DNA of 64,000 bases from the NCBI RefSeq assembly GCF_009914755.1, contig NC_060928.1; one strand, given 5' to 3'. Source of the stretch: the human T2T-CHM13v2.0 reference genome, Homo sapiens. A program made the translations under genes and the position numbers. How positions within the stretch are numbered: position 1 is the first letter of the stretch; every line of letters starts with the position of its first letter. Under the pieces are notes generated by a model that saw nothing but the letters and a program-made list of their open reading frames with translations, was not told the DNA's origin and searched no databases. Positions 1 to 12,250 of the stretch are shown piece by piece.

Positions 1-41
1 TTTTGGGAATTTTCAGGCTTTTTGCAATGGTTTTTCCTCAT
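1..41 (-). pseudogene. First codons of L1 ORF1p (MRKNHCKKPENSQ...), truncated by the window edge
   Basis: ATG at 41-39 on the minus strand lies at the end of the L1 5'UTR. The translation resembles the MRKNQRKKAENSK N-terminus of older L1PA ORF1p. Intactness cannot be judged. Confidence 0.75.
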
Positions 42-749
42 CTTTGAGGATTTATCTACCTTTGGTCTTTGGTATTGGTAACCTTCAGATGGGGTTTCTG
101 TGGGTTTTTGTTGATGTTGATGCTATTCCTTTCTGTTTGTTAGTTTTCCTTCTAACAATCAGGCCCCTCTGCTGTAGGTCTGCTGGAGTTCGCTGGGGGT
201 CCACTCCAGATCCTGTTTGCCTGGGTATCACCAGCAGAAGGGGCAGAACACCAAAGATTGCTTCCTGTTCCTTCCTCTGGAAGCTTCTTCCCAGAAGGGC
301 ACTTGCCAGTTGCCACTCAGAGCTCCAACAGACCTGCCAGCAGTGTCTGTCAACCCCTGCTGGGAAGTGTCTCTCAGTCAAGAGGCACGGGGGTCAGGGA
401 CCCACTTGAGGAGGCAGTCTGTCCCTTGGCAGAGCTCAAGCGCTGTGCTGGGAGATCCATTGCTCTCTTCAGAGCCAGCAGGCAGGAACGTTTAAGTCTG
501 CTGAAGCTGTGCCCACAGCCACCCCTTCCCCAACATGCTCTGTCCCAGGGAGATGGGAGTTATATGTACAAGCCCCTGGCTGGGGCTGCTGCCTTTCTTT
601 CAGAGATGTCCTGCCCAGAGAGAAGGAATCTAGAGAGGCAGTCTAGCTACAGTGGCTTTGCCAAGCTGCAGTGGGCTCGGCCCAGTTTGAACTTCCCCCA
701 GGACTTTGTTTACACTCTGAGGGGAAAACTGCCTACTCAAGCCTCAGTA

Positions 750-968
750 ATGGTGGACGCCCCTCCCCCCACTAAGCTCGTGCATCCCAGGTTGACTTCA
801 GACTGCTGTCCTGGCAGCAAGAATTTCAAGCCAGTGGATCTTAGCTTGCTGAGCTCCGTGGGAGTGGGATCCACTGAGCTAGACCACTTGGCTATCTGGC
901 TTCAGCCCTCTTTCCCGGGGAATGAATGGTTCTGCCTCACTGGCGTTCCAGGCGCCACTGGGGTATGA
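750..968 (+). CDS. L1 ORF0-like antisense ORF, 72 aa (MVDAPPPTKLVHPRLTSDCC...SVGVG...)
   Basis: In-frame C-terminal part of track ORF 258..968. Kozak context GTAATGG. Matches the recalled L1HS ORF0 motifs MAGAPPP...SDCC...SVGVG. Expression is not shown. Confidence 0.55.
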   Translation: MVDAPPPTKLVHPRLTSDCCPGSKNFKPVDLSLLSSVGVGSTELDHLAIWLQPSFPGNEWFCLTGVPGATGV

Positions 969-995
969 AAAAAAAAAAAAAAAAAAAAAACCCCT

Positions 996-1085
996 AGTGA
1001 GCCGAGATCGTGCCATTGCACTCCAGCCTGGGAAACAGGGCAAACTCCATCTATAAAAAACAAACAAACAAACAAACAAAAAAAA
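996..1085 (+). mobile_element. Severely 5'-truncated Alu (last ~57 nt plus A/CAAA tail) inserted in the L1 5'UTR
   Basis: AGTGAGCCGAGATCGTGCCATTGCACTCCAGCCTGGG...CTCCATCT plus tail. Flanked by A(n)CCCCT and A(n)CTCCT as the TSD. Confidence 0.9.
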
Positions 1086-1470
1086 CTCCTGCAGCTAGCT
1101 CAGTGTCTGCCCAAACGGCTGCCCAGTTTTGTGCTTGAAACCCAGGGCCCTGATGTTGTAGGCACCCCAGGGAATCTCCTGGCCTGTGGGTTGTGAAGAC
1201 CATGAGAAAAGCCTAATACCTAGGCCGGAATGCACAGTTCCTCACAGCACAGTCCCTCAAGGCTTCCCTTGGCTACGGGAGGGAGTTCCCTTACCACTTA
1301 CACTTCCCAGGTTAGGTGACGCCCCACCCTGCTTCTGCTTGCCCTCCGTGTGCTGCACCCTTTGTCTAACCAGTCCCAGTGAGATGAGCCAGGCACCTCA
1401 GTTGGAAATGCAGAAATCACCCGCCTTCTGCGTTGATCTCGCTAGGAGCTGCAGACCAGAGCTCTTCCTA

Positions 1471-1481
1471 TTCGGCCATCT
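1471..1481 (-). promoter_or_regulatory. YY1 site of the L1 sense promoter
   Basis: AAGATGGCCGA on the minus strand at the L1 5' terminus. Confidence 0.8.
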
Positions 1482-3091
1482 TTGTACCACATAAACTCCG
1501 TTTTAAATGTACATATATCCTATTGGTTCCATCCCTCTGCAGCACCCTAATACAGTATCTGAAAACAAAAAGAATCAAGACTTCAAACAGAAACAATGCA
1601 GAGCTTGGTGAGAAAAGTTTGTCCCTGCTCCACACAGAGGCAGCCAGGATAGCTCCACTGGAGCTCACATGATATACAGCCCAGATGGGCATGGGCATGA
1701 AGTGTCCAGTGCCATAGCTCCATAGTCTCTGTATGCCAGGCCTCACATGACTGTTCCTTGTGTTCTGCCTCAAGCCCACACTAAATTTCTAATGTGACTT
1801 TAGTCATGCATGCTGTTTCACAAACTTGCTGTCAGCCCCTAAGAATAACAGAAAATCATCAAAATTAAAGAGAGACTAGAGGGCACAGAACAGGTATAGA
1901 GCCCTAGCCTGAAGGGACTCCACTCTCCCCAAGGCTGAAGGCTAGAGAGTGGCAGAGGATTTGAAAAGCATTCGTTTTCAAATGGTTTCCCTACGCTGAG
2001 GTTTCCTTCAATGCTTGGGTTTCCTTTTGGAGCCAGCAATGTACACATTTCAGGATGACATCTTAAATGAGGCGGCCATTTCCTATGTTGTTCCTGCATG
2101 TTTTCAAATAAAAAGGACTGCATTCAGCCCTGGCCTGCTACCGAACATCTCCACAAGACTTAAGTTACATGCTTGAACAGCCGAATGGGCAACAGCAAAG
2201 CTGCCTCTCATGATACAGAGGCCTGCCAAGAGACAAGCAACTCTAAATCAAAAAAGGAAGAAAAAAAATGCCATTCTCAGACCTCTCAGAAACTGGCCCA
2301 AAATGAAAACTCAGCTTCGCTGTGTCTAAAGCCAAATCACTGAATCAGGTTAGTTGACTTTTAAGGTTAGAGGCAGATGACACTTGTAAGGGTTGTGTCC
2401 TAGAACAGCCCACTGCTTTGACATGAGGTAGTGAAGAGGAAAACAGTACAGCTCCAGGTGTAATAGGTCTTTCTTACTGAGAAAAAAAAGCCCATTTTCA
2501 AACAATTTTACTTCATGTGACTTATGGTGACATTGAAAATTGGTTTTTTGTTGTTGATTTTTTGTTTTGTTTTGTTTTGCTTTGCTTTTTGCTTTTGTCT
2601 AAAATGCTACTGTAGTAATAGTGTAAAATGTAAACAAGGCTAGAACTTTTCTATTCTCTCTGAGTCATGATTGATTAGCAATTACTACTGGGAAGAAATA
2701 CAGCAAGGATGAAGGCAATCAACAGTTAATACTAGAACCTCAACCTCCCACATCAAAGCCTTTTTCTAGACTTAATATTATTCTCTCTGTTGAAGATGTT
2801 TATATATAATGGAATGATCTAAAATAAGAACAAAAGTTGTAAGCCTAAATTCACCTTCCTTTACTCATATCTTGTGAGTAGTCCATATATATATTTAAAA
2901 ATTCAAAGGGAACTGCTAACATGAAAATTTTAAATACACAAGGTGTTGTATAATATGTAAATCAATTAATCAAGTATTGCCTTTTAATGAAGGAAGACTG
3001 GAAGAAGTCTTTTCCATCCAGAAACCAGTATATTTTTACTTCCAGGGTTTTGCATCATTTGACTATTCAGAAAATATTTATTGAGGAAGCA

Positions 3092-3512
3092 TGTGATAGG
3101 GTTTTGATGTCTGTCCCCTCCAAATCTCATGTTGAAATGTGACCTCCCGTGATGGAGGTGGGGCCTGGTAAGAGGTGTTTGGGTCATGGGAGCAGATCCC
3201 TTATGAATGGCTTAGCACAAATCCCTCAGTGATAAGTGAGTTCTCGCTCAGTTAGTTTATGCAAGATCTGGTTGTTTAAAAGAATCTGGGATCTCTCCAT
3301 TCTCTCTCTTGCTCCCTCTGCCATATGATACACCTGCTTCGTCTTCACCTTCTGCGATGATTGAAAGCTTCCTGAGGCCCTCACCAGAAGCAGATGCCAG
3401 CACCATGCTTCCTGTACAGCCTGCAGAACCACAAGCCAATTAAACCTCTTTTCTTTATAACCTATCCAGCCTCAGTTATTTCTTTATAGCAATGCAAAAA
3501 TGGCCTAACACA
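3092..3512 (+). mobile_element. MaLR solo LTR, MSTB-like
   Basis: TGTCCCCTCCAAATCTCATGTTGAAATG...CCTCACCAGAAGCAGATGCCAGCACCATGCTTCCTGTACAGCCTGCAGAAC...CTAACACA. Confidence 0.9.
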
Positions 3513-3554
3513 GTATCTTTCAGGCACTAGTCTAGGCTTTAGAGAATATAGCCA

Positions 3555-4085
3555 TGTTCTGGATATCGATTGTTGCCAAATGAATATCCCAAAATGTAGT
3601 GGCTTAAAAGATAGCAATCATTTTATTATTATGACTCATATTTTGACTGCCTAAGCTTATCTAAGCAGTTGTCTGTCAGGGTCTCTGAAATAGTTGCAGT
3701 CAGATGATGACAGGGGCCTGGAGTCATTGCAAAGCCTTCTGCAATCCCATGTTTAGCCATTGATGCTGGCTGTCAACTAGGGCCTCAGCTGTGGCAATTA
3801 AACATTGCCTCTTTGTGTAGCCTGGATTTCCTCACAGCATGGTGACTGGGTTTCCAGACTGAGAGTCCCAAGAGAACCAGGAAGAAACTATATTGCTTTT
3901 ATGATTTATCCTTGGAAATCACATACCATCACTACTGCCAATAGTCACAGACCTGCCAAGATTCAAGAGAAAGAAGCATAGACCCCTCACATCTCTCAGT
4001 GGGAAATGTGTCACTGTCACATTCTAATTAGACAATGTGGGTTGGGAGATCTTCTCATGCCCATCTTAGAAAAGCCAATCTGCCG
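3555..4085 (-). mobile_element. MaLR solo LTR, old MLT1 (G/H/J-like)
   Basis: Begins CCCAAAATGTAGTGGCTTAAAA, the reverse complement of the MLT1 3' end. Typical TTCCTCACAGCATGGTG motif. Confidence 0.7.
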
Positions 4086-7000
4086 TGAGAAATAAAAATA
4101 TTATACAAAGTATCTGCCCTCATACATATGTTTAGAGGCTGGGAGAGCCTGGCAATAAATAAATCAAGAGAGGAATATCAGGCATGACAACTTCTATGCA
4201 GAAGAATTAGAGAAAGGAAGGGAAGAAATACAGATGGCGTTGAGCATACCATCTCTTTCATACAGTGGTCACAGAAGCCTTGTCTGATAAGTGGCCATGT
4301 GAGCAGAGATTCTGGAGGAACTGATCCATTGAGCCACGTAGATAGTGGGGCAAGAGCATTCCAGGCAGGAGAAACAGCAAATACGAAGGTCACGTGGGGA
4401 GACAGTGCTCCATGTGGTGAGGAAATGACCAGGAAGCCAATGTGGTTAGAGCAGTGACAAAGGTTCAAGAAGAAGGCAGAGAGCTTGCTGGGGGCCAAGC
4501 TTGCAGAGCCTTTAGCCGTGGTGAGGACCATGGTCTTTGCTCTGAGTGAGATGGGAAGCCATTGGATAGTTTTTAGAAGGAAAATGGTAAAATTAACTTA
4601 TGTTTTAACAGGACGGCTCTGGCCACTACATAGAAAATAGAAGCACCACATCCAGATACAGAGTGAAAGTGGGAGATGAGTATCGAGGCTCTTGCAATAA
4701 ATCAGGTGTAAGATGATGATACCTTGGACAAGGTATTAGTAATGGAGTTGGTGAGGAGTCAGGTTCTAATGTTAAATAATGTCTTTTTTTAGCATTCAGA
4801 TAATAAGCCATGTTTATGGATTTAAATATTAAAGCCTGAGCTTAAATAATAAATGTTAAAGGATAAAAATGGATCAATTATCACTGGGCTGCATATCACA
4901 AGCAAATTTTCTTTTAACATAGCATTATGGGTTGTCTCTAAAACATTTTTGAAGCCTTTTCCTTTGGCAGCTTTAATACTTTTCCCTCCTAGGCCACATA
5001 TCCAAAGTGAAATGCAAATTAAGGAAATTATCACTTAGGCCAAAAAACCATTTGACTGAAGTATTCAGGTAATTGAAGAAAACATGTTTTAGGGAGTTTA
5101 TATGGCCTAGGTAATTCTCTCAAATTTCCACATCCCTTTACATATGCAGATAACAGTAGAAGCTGGGGTGAAACTCATGGGTGAAAAAAAATGTCACCCC
5201 TGTGAGGTAAACGGCTTCTTGTAGGACAAGAGAGTAAATCATTCTCCAGGCCACTAGGTGCCCTAAAGGAGGTCATTCCCTCCTACGCATCAGATCATTT
5301 TGTTCCCAGGGAGTTTTACGTTCTTGCCGGTTCATTGACCACACAGCCAGGATGGTTAGGCAGCTCTTAATAGATTACGGGTTATTTCCTTATTATGTTT
5401 GCTAAATGGTGGTGCATCTCATCATTTTTATCATGTAGGGAAATTTCATGAGGTCTCTCTGGCCTAGCCAAATACCAAAACAGGATTCCCCCATTTATTC
5501 CCTTATGCCATAACTGAAAGTTAGCTGAACCAATTAGAGGGTACATGATAAGCCAATTAGTTGTTCCTTACTTTTCCTAATGAGTGTAAAATGTGTGCCT
5601 GCTCAAATTACAGCTCATTTGACAAGATTCTTTGCTATGCTACTATTACTACAACTTGGCATTATTTCATTTCTTTCAGTATTAACAGCATCAGTCACAG
5701 TAGCTGAGTATCTCCTGTGAGCTTCCATAGGAATTGAGCTTGTCTTTACAAGGTAATCCTTCACCCTCCAACTCCAGCATCATGACCAGCTGTCTGAATT
5801 GCTGGAAAATGGCCCCTCAGTAAAACTAAGCTGAAGCCAAACCACATCCTGAAGATGAAACGCTTTTCTGGAGAATCCACTGACACTTCAGATATAAGAG
5901 GTTTCGGTCCCATATTTCCAAGCTTTATACATTATCTTGCTGCCACCAGAGGTTAATCAATATGTTCTCTTAGGTTCTTTTTGTGATGATCCATCTACCA
6001 AGGTCAAGCATGAAAAATGAGCAAAATCCATGCAAAGACTAAGATTTCAGCCATGGATTTTGAGGGAAGAGAAACTCTTGGGTTATTGTAAAACAGCCAG
6101 CTCTAGTATCCAAAGGAGAACAACAACCAAAAAAAACAAGAATAGAGTCAGAAAATTTTGTAACTTTGTCAACATTTATTTTCACCAAACAACTCATTAA
6201 ATCACTATAAAAGTCAACGCATATGGTCGGATATGACAGTTTAAATTCTAGAAAGAGTTATAAGTCAAGTTAAACTCATAATACATAATGTAGTTTGGGT
6301 GTCTCATCCATGAATTATAACATTTTTATTACATCTCATCTGTAAATTACCAACTTGTTCCCTGTCCTGCCAATCTCTTGATTAAATGGGGGACTGTCAG
6401 GCATTGTGAAAATATATTATGGTAAAGGATAACTCCATCATTTGTCTCGCTTATTTCTACATGCTTATTTAAAGCTTTATCACTAGAGCAGCTGGTCCAA
6501 ACTGAATTGTTGATTTAGCAAAGTGACAGCAGAAATGAGGAAGTAGAAAAAAAATTGGCCAAAAAGACTCATGTTTTATTGTCATTATCTTACTGTATTT
6601 CATCATATCTTTTTCTAATATTTGTGTATCTTGAATACTTTTGGTGTCCATTTTATATCACTTTAGTTCCTATTCTTCAAAGCTATTCTTTCTCTACAGG
6701 CCTTATTCCCATGGGCCTAACTGAAGGGTGATTTATTCTGTATCTTACACAGATAATGGGACAATAACTTGTACCCATCAAATTTCCCCATAAAATGGTT
6801 TAATATCTTGAATCAGTGCCAATAGGTCAGGTGAGTGAATCAAGTATACATCACTTCACATTTATCAGAGAGCCAAGAACTTACTTAAAAATTGACCTCC
6901 TTTATGAACTTTGATTCTAAAAGTAAAGGACACATTGATATATCAAAATATAAATAACAAGTACCTATATATTTGTCAATTTTTAATAATTTCCCTTTAT

Positions 7001-8335
7001 TTGTATTTGTTTTGATTAGTGTGCTTTATTTACTTTTTTCTAGTTGCAAAGTAACCACATAATTATTACAGAAAGTTTTGAAGATAAAAGAGTCCTAAAA
7101 AAAAGTCACCCACAATCTCAACACCCAAATATATGGAGTGGAAACATTTTATAGCTTTCATAAGTAATTCTGATTTATGTTCTCTGCTCATAGTAAAATG
7201 AAAAAAAAAATTGCATTACTAATAGAATTTTTCTCAAGGAGAAAACCATCTTTGCTTAGCAACACACATAAGTAGACATGTTTGATTATAAACTTGAAGC
7301 CTGCAAGGCCTGACTTGAACCATCTAAGACAAAACAAAGGAATATCTGCATGGCTCTACCTCAAAAATGGACAGGAATCATAATCTAGAAGGAAAAGAGT
7401 AGTTAAAGGAGAGAGAGTGTGCCTCTAGCATGGGAGAAGACTAGCATCTAAGAAGAAGAGTTAGCCAGTAATTTTTAAGGCAGATCTGTCTGAAATGCCA
7501 AACAGGAATGTCTAATAGGCTTTTAAAAGAAGCAATGAACACAGATCCTCTGACCCCCCAGGTCACCCCCTGCCCCAAATATTCAGTAAGGTCTGCAGTA
7601 CACTGCATCCTAAATTGTTGGGACTTTGAGGAGAAAGGACATTGGAGATGGGCGAATTCAGTGGAATAACATCATGCAGGAAAAGAAATGGCATTCAAGA
7701 GGGCAAAATGCAGACTGGAAATTTATAAATGAAGCCAAAGTAAGAACTCCCAGCCATAAGTATTACCAAAAATCTCACTTCCCTAGAGTTTCAGAGATAA
7801 TGGAAGAAACACTGACTTTCCCACTGAAATGGAGACTTACACCAAATTTTACTTAAATATTAAAGACAACTCCCAGCAAGTTGGAAATTTCAGGCCTGAC
7901 ATCTGGGTTACAGTTTTAAGAAAACACTAGAAGCTTTATATAATAATGATGATGATGATGATGAAATAATAATGCAGTTTACATACTTACAGGTGATGTG
8001 ATGCAGAAGTCTATGGAAGCATTCTAAAAAGACTATTTAGTCAATCAACCAGCCAAATAAAATCCCAGTTTTGCCAACCACTTCCAGAGATAGTTTGCTC
8101 AGATGAATAGAACACTATGCTAATTTCATCCAGGTTTCCTATCTGGTCCTATTAGCAGCTTCTAACCCACCACCCCCATGCACAACTAGCTCTCTGGAGA
8201 ATCTGTGGCACTGGTCATGTGTTAGTTGGGGAGAGGTGCAGAAGACAGTAGAGAATGTTGTTAGCTAAGTATAAATCAGTTTGCATTATTAGAGTGTGCT
8301 CTGCCCTAAATCACAGGAAAAAAAAAAAAGGACTA

Positions 8336-8714
8336 TAATATGGTTTGACTCTGTGTCCCCCGACAAATCTCATGTTAATTGTAATTCCCAGTGTTGGAGG
8401 AGGGGCCTGGTGGGAGGTGACTGAATCATGGGGGTGGGCCTCCCCCTTGCTGTTCTCATCATAGAGTTCTCATGAGATCTGGTTGTTTGAAAGTGTGTAG
8501 CACCTCCCCCTTCCCTCTCTCTTCCTCCTGCTGCAGCCATGTAGGATGTGCTGGCTTCCCCTTCACCTTCCACCATGACTGTAAGTTTCCTGAGGCCTTC
8601 TCAGCCATGCTTCCTGTATAGCCCTCAGAACTGTGAGACAATTAAACCTCTTTTATTTATAAATTACCCAGTCTCACATAGTTCTTTATAGCAATGTGAG
8701 AATGGGCTAATACA
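8336..8714 (+). mobile_element. MSTA solo LTR
   Basis: TAATATGGTTTG...CAAATCTCATG...GGAGGGGCCTGGTGGGAGGTGA...CTAATACA. 5-bp TSD GACTA/GACTG. Confidence 0.92.
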
Positions 8715-8869
8715 GACTGCAAGAGTATAATATTCAATTCACAAATAAAATCACGTAGGAGATACCAACTACAGTTCAGTGGACAAGTAAGGGAAAGTCA
8801 CCGGAAATAAAAAGAGCCAGGAATGTCTGGTAACTCATTCTAGACTTTTAAATGTACAGAATGACAATG

Positions 8870-9150
8870 AAGATAGAAAAGAAAGAAAGATGGAAAGGAA
8901 GGGAGGGATGGGGGAGGGAGGGAAGGAGGGAGGGAGGAAAGAAGAAGGAAGGAAGGAAGGAAAAAAAAGAAAGAGAGAGAAAGATGAAAGAAAGAAAGAA
9001 AGAAAAAAGAAGACAGAAAGAAACAAAGAAAGAAAAAGAAAGAAAGAAAAGAAAGAAAGAAAGAAAGAAAGAAAGGAGAAGAGGGGAGGGGAAGGGAAAA
9101 GTAGGGAAGGGGAAGGGAAGAGAGGGGAAGTGGAAGGGAAAAAAGATAAG
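8870..9150. repeat. Purine-rich compound simple repeat (GGGA/GGAA/GAAA)n
   Basis: About 280 nt that are almost entirely G or A on the + strand. Confidence 0.95.
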
Positions 9151-9712
9151 AGACGATCCTTCCAGGTGGGACAAAGAATTGTTACAGTATGGGAGATGCG
9201 AGATAGAGTAACCCAACCAAACAGAATGTCCAAGCTTAAGTTGGAAAGCCAGAGCAGAATCATATTATGAAGGCTAAAAAGAAGACTCTGTTTCTTAGCA
9301 AATGGAGAGCGAGTATTGATTCTTGATAAGAGACTGCCGTGATAAAAGTGTTGTATTCAAAGATCAGTTTTGTCTAGTTAGAGCAATAAAATACAAGTAA
9401 TATTTTTACCGTATAGTAGAGAACACAGAGAAGGTTGCTACAATAATCCAGGTTCAAGGTGATGAGGGATGTGACTAAACAAGCTCAGCAGTGCCAGTTT
9501 CATGTGTGAAAATGACTGTATTTCCTAAGGCACCTGAGAGCAATTACACAAAGGAACAGGAATTTAAGTGCCTATCCTATTTTATTGTCTAAAATTCCAA
9601 GGAATTAACAGGACTAACATGGCCTCATGGCACAGGGTGGAGTTGGGAGAAGAGAGAGGTGGTGGGAGTTGTATGGAATAAAGAGCTTAAGTAGAAAAGC
9701 AAGCAAAGCTAG

Positions 9713-10201
9713 TGTATTAGTTTCCAATTTCTGTTGTAACAAGTTATTACATACTTAATGGCTTGAAACAACACAAATGTATTATCTTATGGTTCTGGAA
9801 GTCAGAAGTCCAACATGAGTTTCTCTTGGCTAAAATCAAAGTGTAGGTAGGGCTGTGTTCCTTCTAGAAGCTCCAGGAGAGAACTGTTGTCTTCTCCAGT
9901 TTCTAGAAGCCACTTATGTTCCTTGGCTCGGCTCTTCTTCCATCTTCAAAGCCAATAGTGTAACATCTTCTAATTTCTCTCTCACTCTGACAATCCTGCC
10001 TCCCTCTTCTAGAGAGGAGGCCCTTGTGATTACATTGGGCCGACCCAGATGATCCAGGAAAATCTTCCCATCTCAAGATTCTTATTTTAATCACATCTAC
10101 AAAATTCCTTTTTGCCAAGTGAGGCAACATATTACAGGGATTACAGGATTTGGGGGATAGGATGGGGACATCTTAGGGGTTCACTAGTCTACCTAACCAC
10201 A
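9713..10201 (-). mobile_element. MLT1C/D-like solo LTR
   Basis: TGTATTAGTTTCC...GGCTTGAAACAACACAAATGTATTATCTTA...GATTACATTGGGCC...AATCACATCT. Confidence 0.85.
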
Positions 10202-11659
10202 ACACCTGGCATTGCTTTTCCTAGCAGTACCAGGAAGAACTAGGGGTGGGCACCATACGGCTGACTAGGTAAGTGTGGGGCCAATTTCCTAAGTGAATGT
10301 CATTAACTACCTTTCAACTGATCAATTATTCTACCAATCTTTTACCAGAAGCTCTTCCAAATACAACTGCAACTGCCAAGAGATTGATGGACCAGAGAAT
10401 GGCCTCTTCATTCCAGGCACTTCTAAAGTCCAAGTGGTCAAATACCAGCCTCTTTTTACCAATGTTCCCACCTGTTTCATTCAGCCAAATTTCATTAGAT
10501 GAAGGTAAAGCTAATGATTCCCTCATTCTCTGTAGTTTGACTCTCTCAAAGTGGCTAATGAGGAGAACAAATACAACTTAGACATCATGCCACATTTAGG
10601 GCAAAGGCAGCTAATACTAATGTACAAAAGCAGTACTGATGTTTTTTAAGTCAATACAGGGGGTTGGGTCTTCATTTTGCTTTGAAAATATCTTTTTGTG
10701 GAAGATAGGTTTCACTTTATGTACACAGATGATTCGTATAAATAATAATAACTGTAATAATGAAAATAATGTCTACTTAGTGTAATTTAATCTTTAATTT
10801 GTCTTATGGAGATAAAAAATTTACAAATGGAAAAGGCAAGACCACGTTTGAGAAAAATACAGAGGGAGAAAGAGTAGGATGCACAGAGATCAGTGTTGTC
10901 CAGGATTTTCATCTTCTCTCTTCTCTCCTGTGGCTCAGGCTAAGAATGGCATGGGTCATGCCATCTCAAAGTAAACTAGGCCTGTCTGTGGGCCTGCCTC
11001 TGAGATAGTCTAAAAGCCTTGCCTTTTTCCCAGAAGATTAGCATGGAACAGTGGCCCCTAGAAAATACCTTTAGCCCAATATTATGGGAATTAACCCAAC
11101 CCAGTTTATGTAGAATATCCAGCTCTGGAATGAAGAATTGATGATAATCCAGGAGTTTAAAAAAGAAATAACTCAATTTTAGAAGATGAAAATAAATAGA
11201 CACAAACAGGCAGGATACAGAAATCAATCTAGATGTTGTGCAAACCTTAGTGTCATTGCAGGTGTTAGTGAAATCTACAGTCTGTAGCAAAGATTAGGAC
11301 CAGCAGTGAGCCATGGTGATTGCATGGGTTAGAAGTAGACAAGGAGAACAATATTCCTGTCAGCATCACCTTTGACCATGCAATCACATCTCTACATAGC
11401 CTAAATGAATAAAACAATTTTAACAGGGAAAGGAAGACATACAATGACATCTATTATTGTGTACAGTTTCTAAATGACATGGTAATAAAAATTTATCCCT
11501 TGTTTTTTTTTTTCTAATGAGCTACTTAGATGAAATTTTCAATGACAGCAACCAACAATGAGTAGAAGACCATTAAAATCAGTAGGATTGTGCTTCACTG
11601 TTCTTAATACAAAACCTGACAATGATTAAACAATTATGGGATTTGTTTGCCTCACACAA

Positions 11660-12250
<591 letters not shown>

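Larger units (their letters stand above)
1..1490 (-). mobile_element. LINE-1 5' end (L1PA7/L1P3-like 5'UTR plus start of ORF1); continues off the left edge of the window
   Basis: Reverse strand from ~1481 reads AAGATGGCCGAATAGGAAGAGCTCTGGTCTGCAGCTCC, the L1PA 5' terminus. It is followed by L1PA7-type 5'UTR segments (GGCAGCAAGAATTTCAAGCCAGTGG, CCAGGCGCCACTGGGGTATG on +). Confidence 0.95.
3063..4790 (-). mobile_element. L2 LINE 3' region, split by MSTB and MLT1 LTRs
   Basis: L2 terminal motif AAATATTTATTGAG at ~3072. Continues as CAGGCACTAGTCTAGG at ~3521 and GAGCATTCCAGGCAGGAGAAACAGC at ~4354. Confidence 0.7.

Noticed and set aside
44-495. ORFs 44..409, 85..381 and 217..495
   Set aside because: Incidental frames within the L1 5'UTR.
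5249-5266. CTCF-like GGCCACTAGGTGCCCTA
   Set aside because: It lacks the highly constrained GGC of the core, so the match is too weak.
8835-9270. Four overlapping 119-142 aa ORFs
   Set aside because: Translations of the GA-rich simple repeat (K/E/R or F/S/L low complexity).
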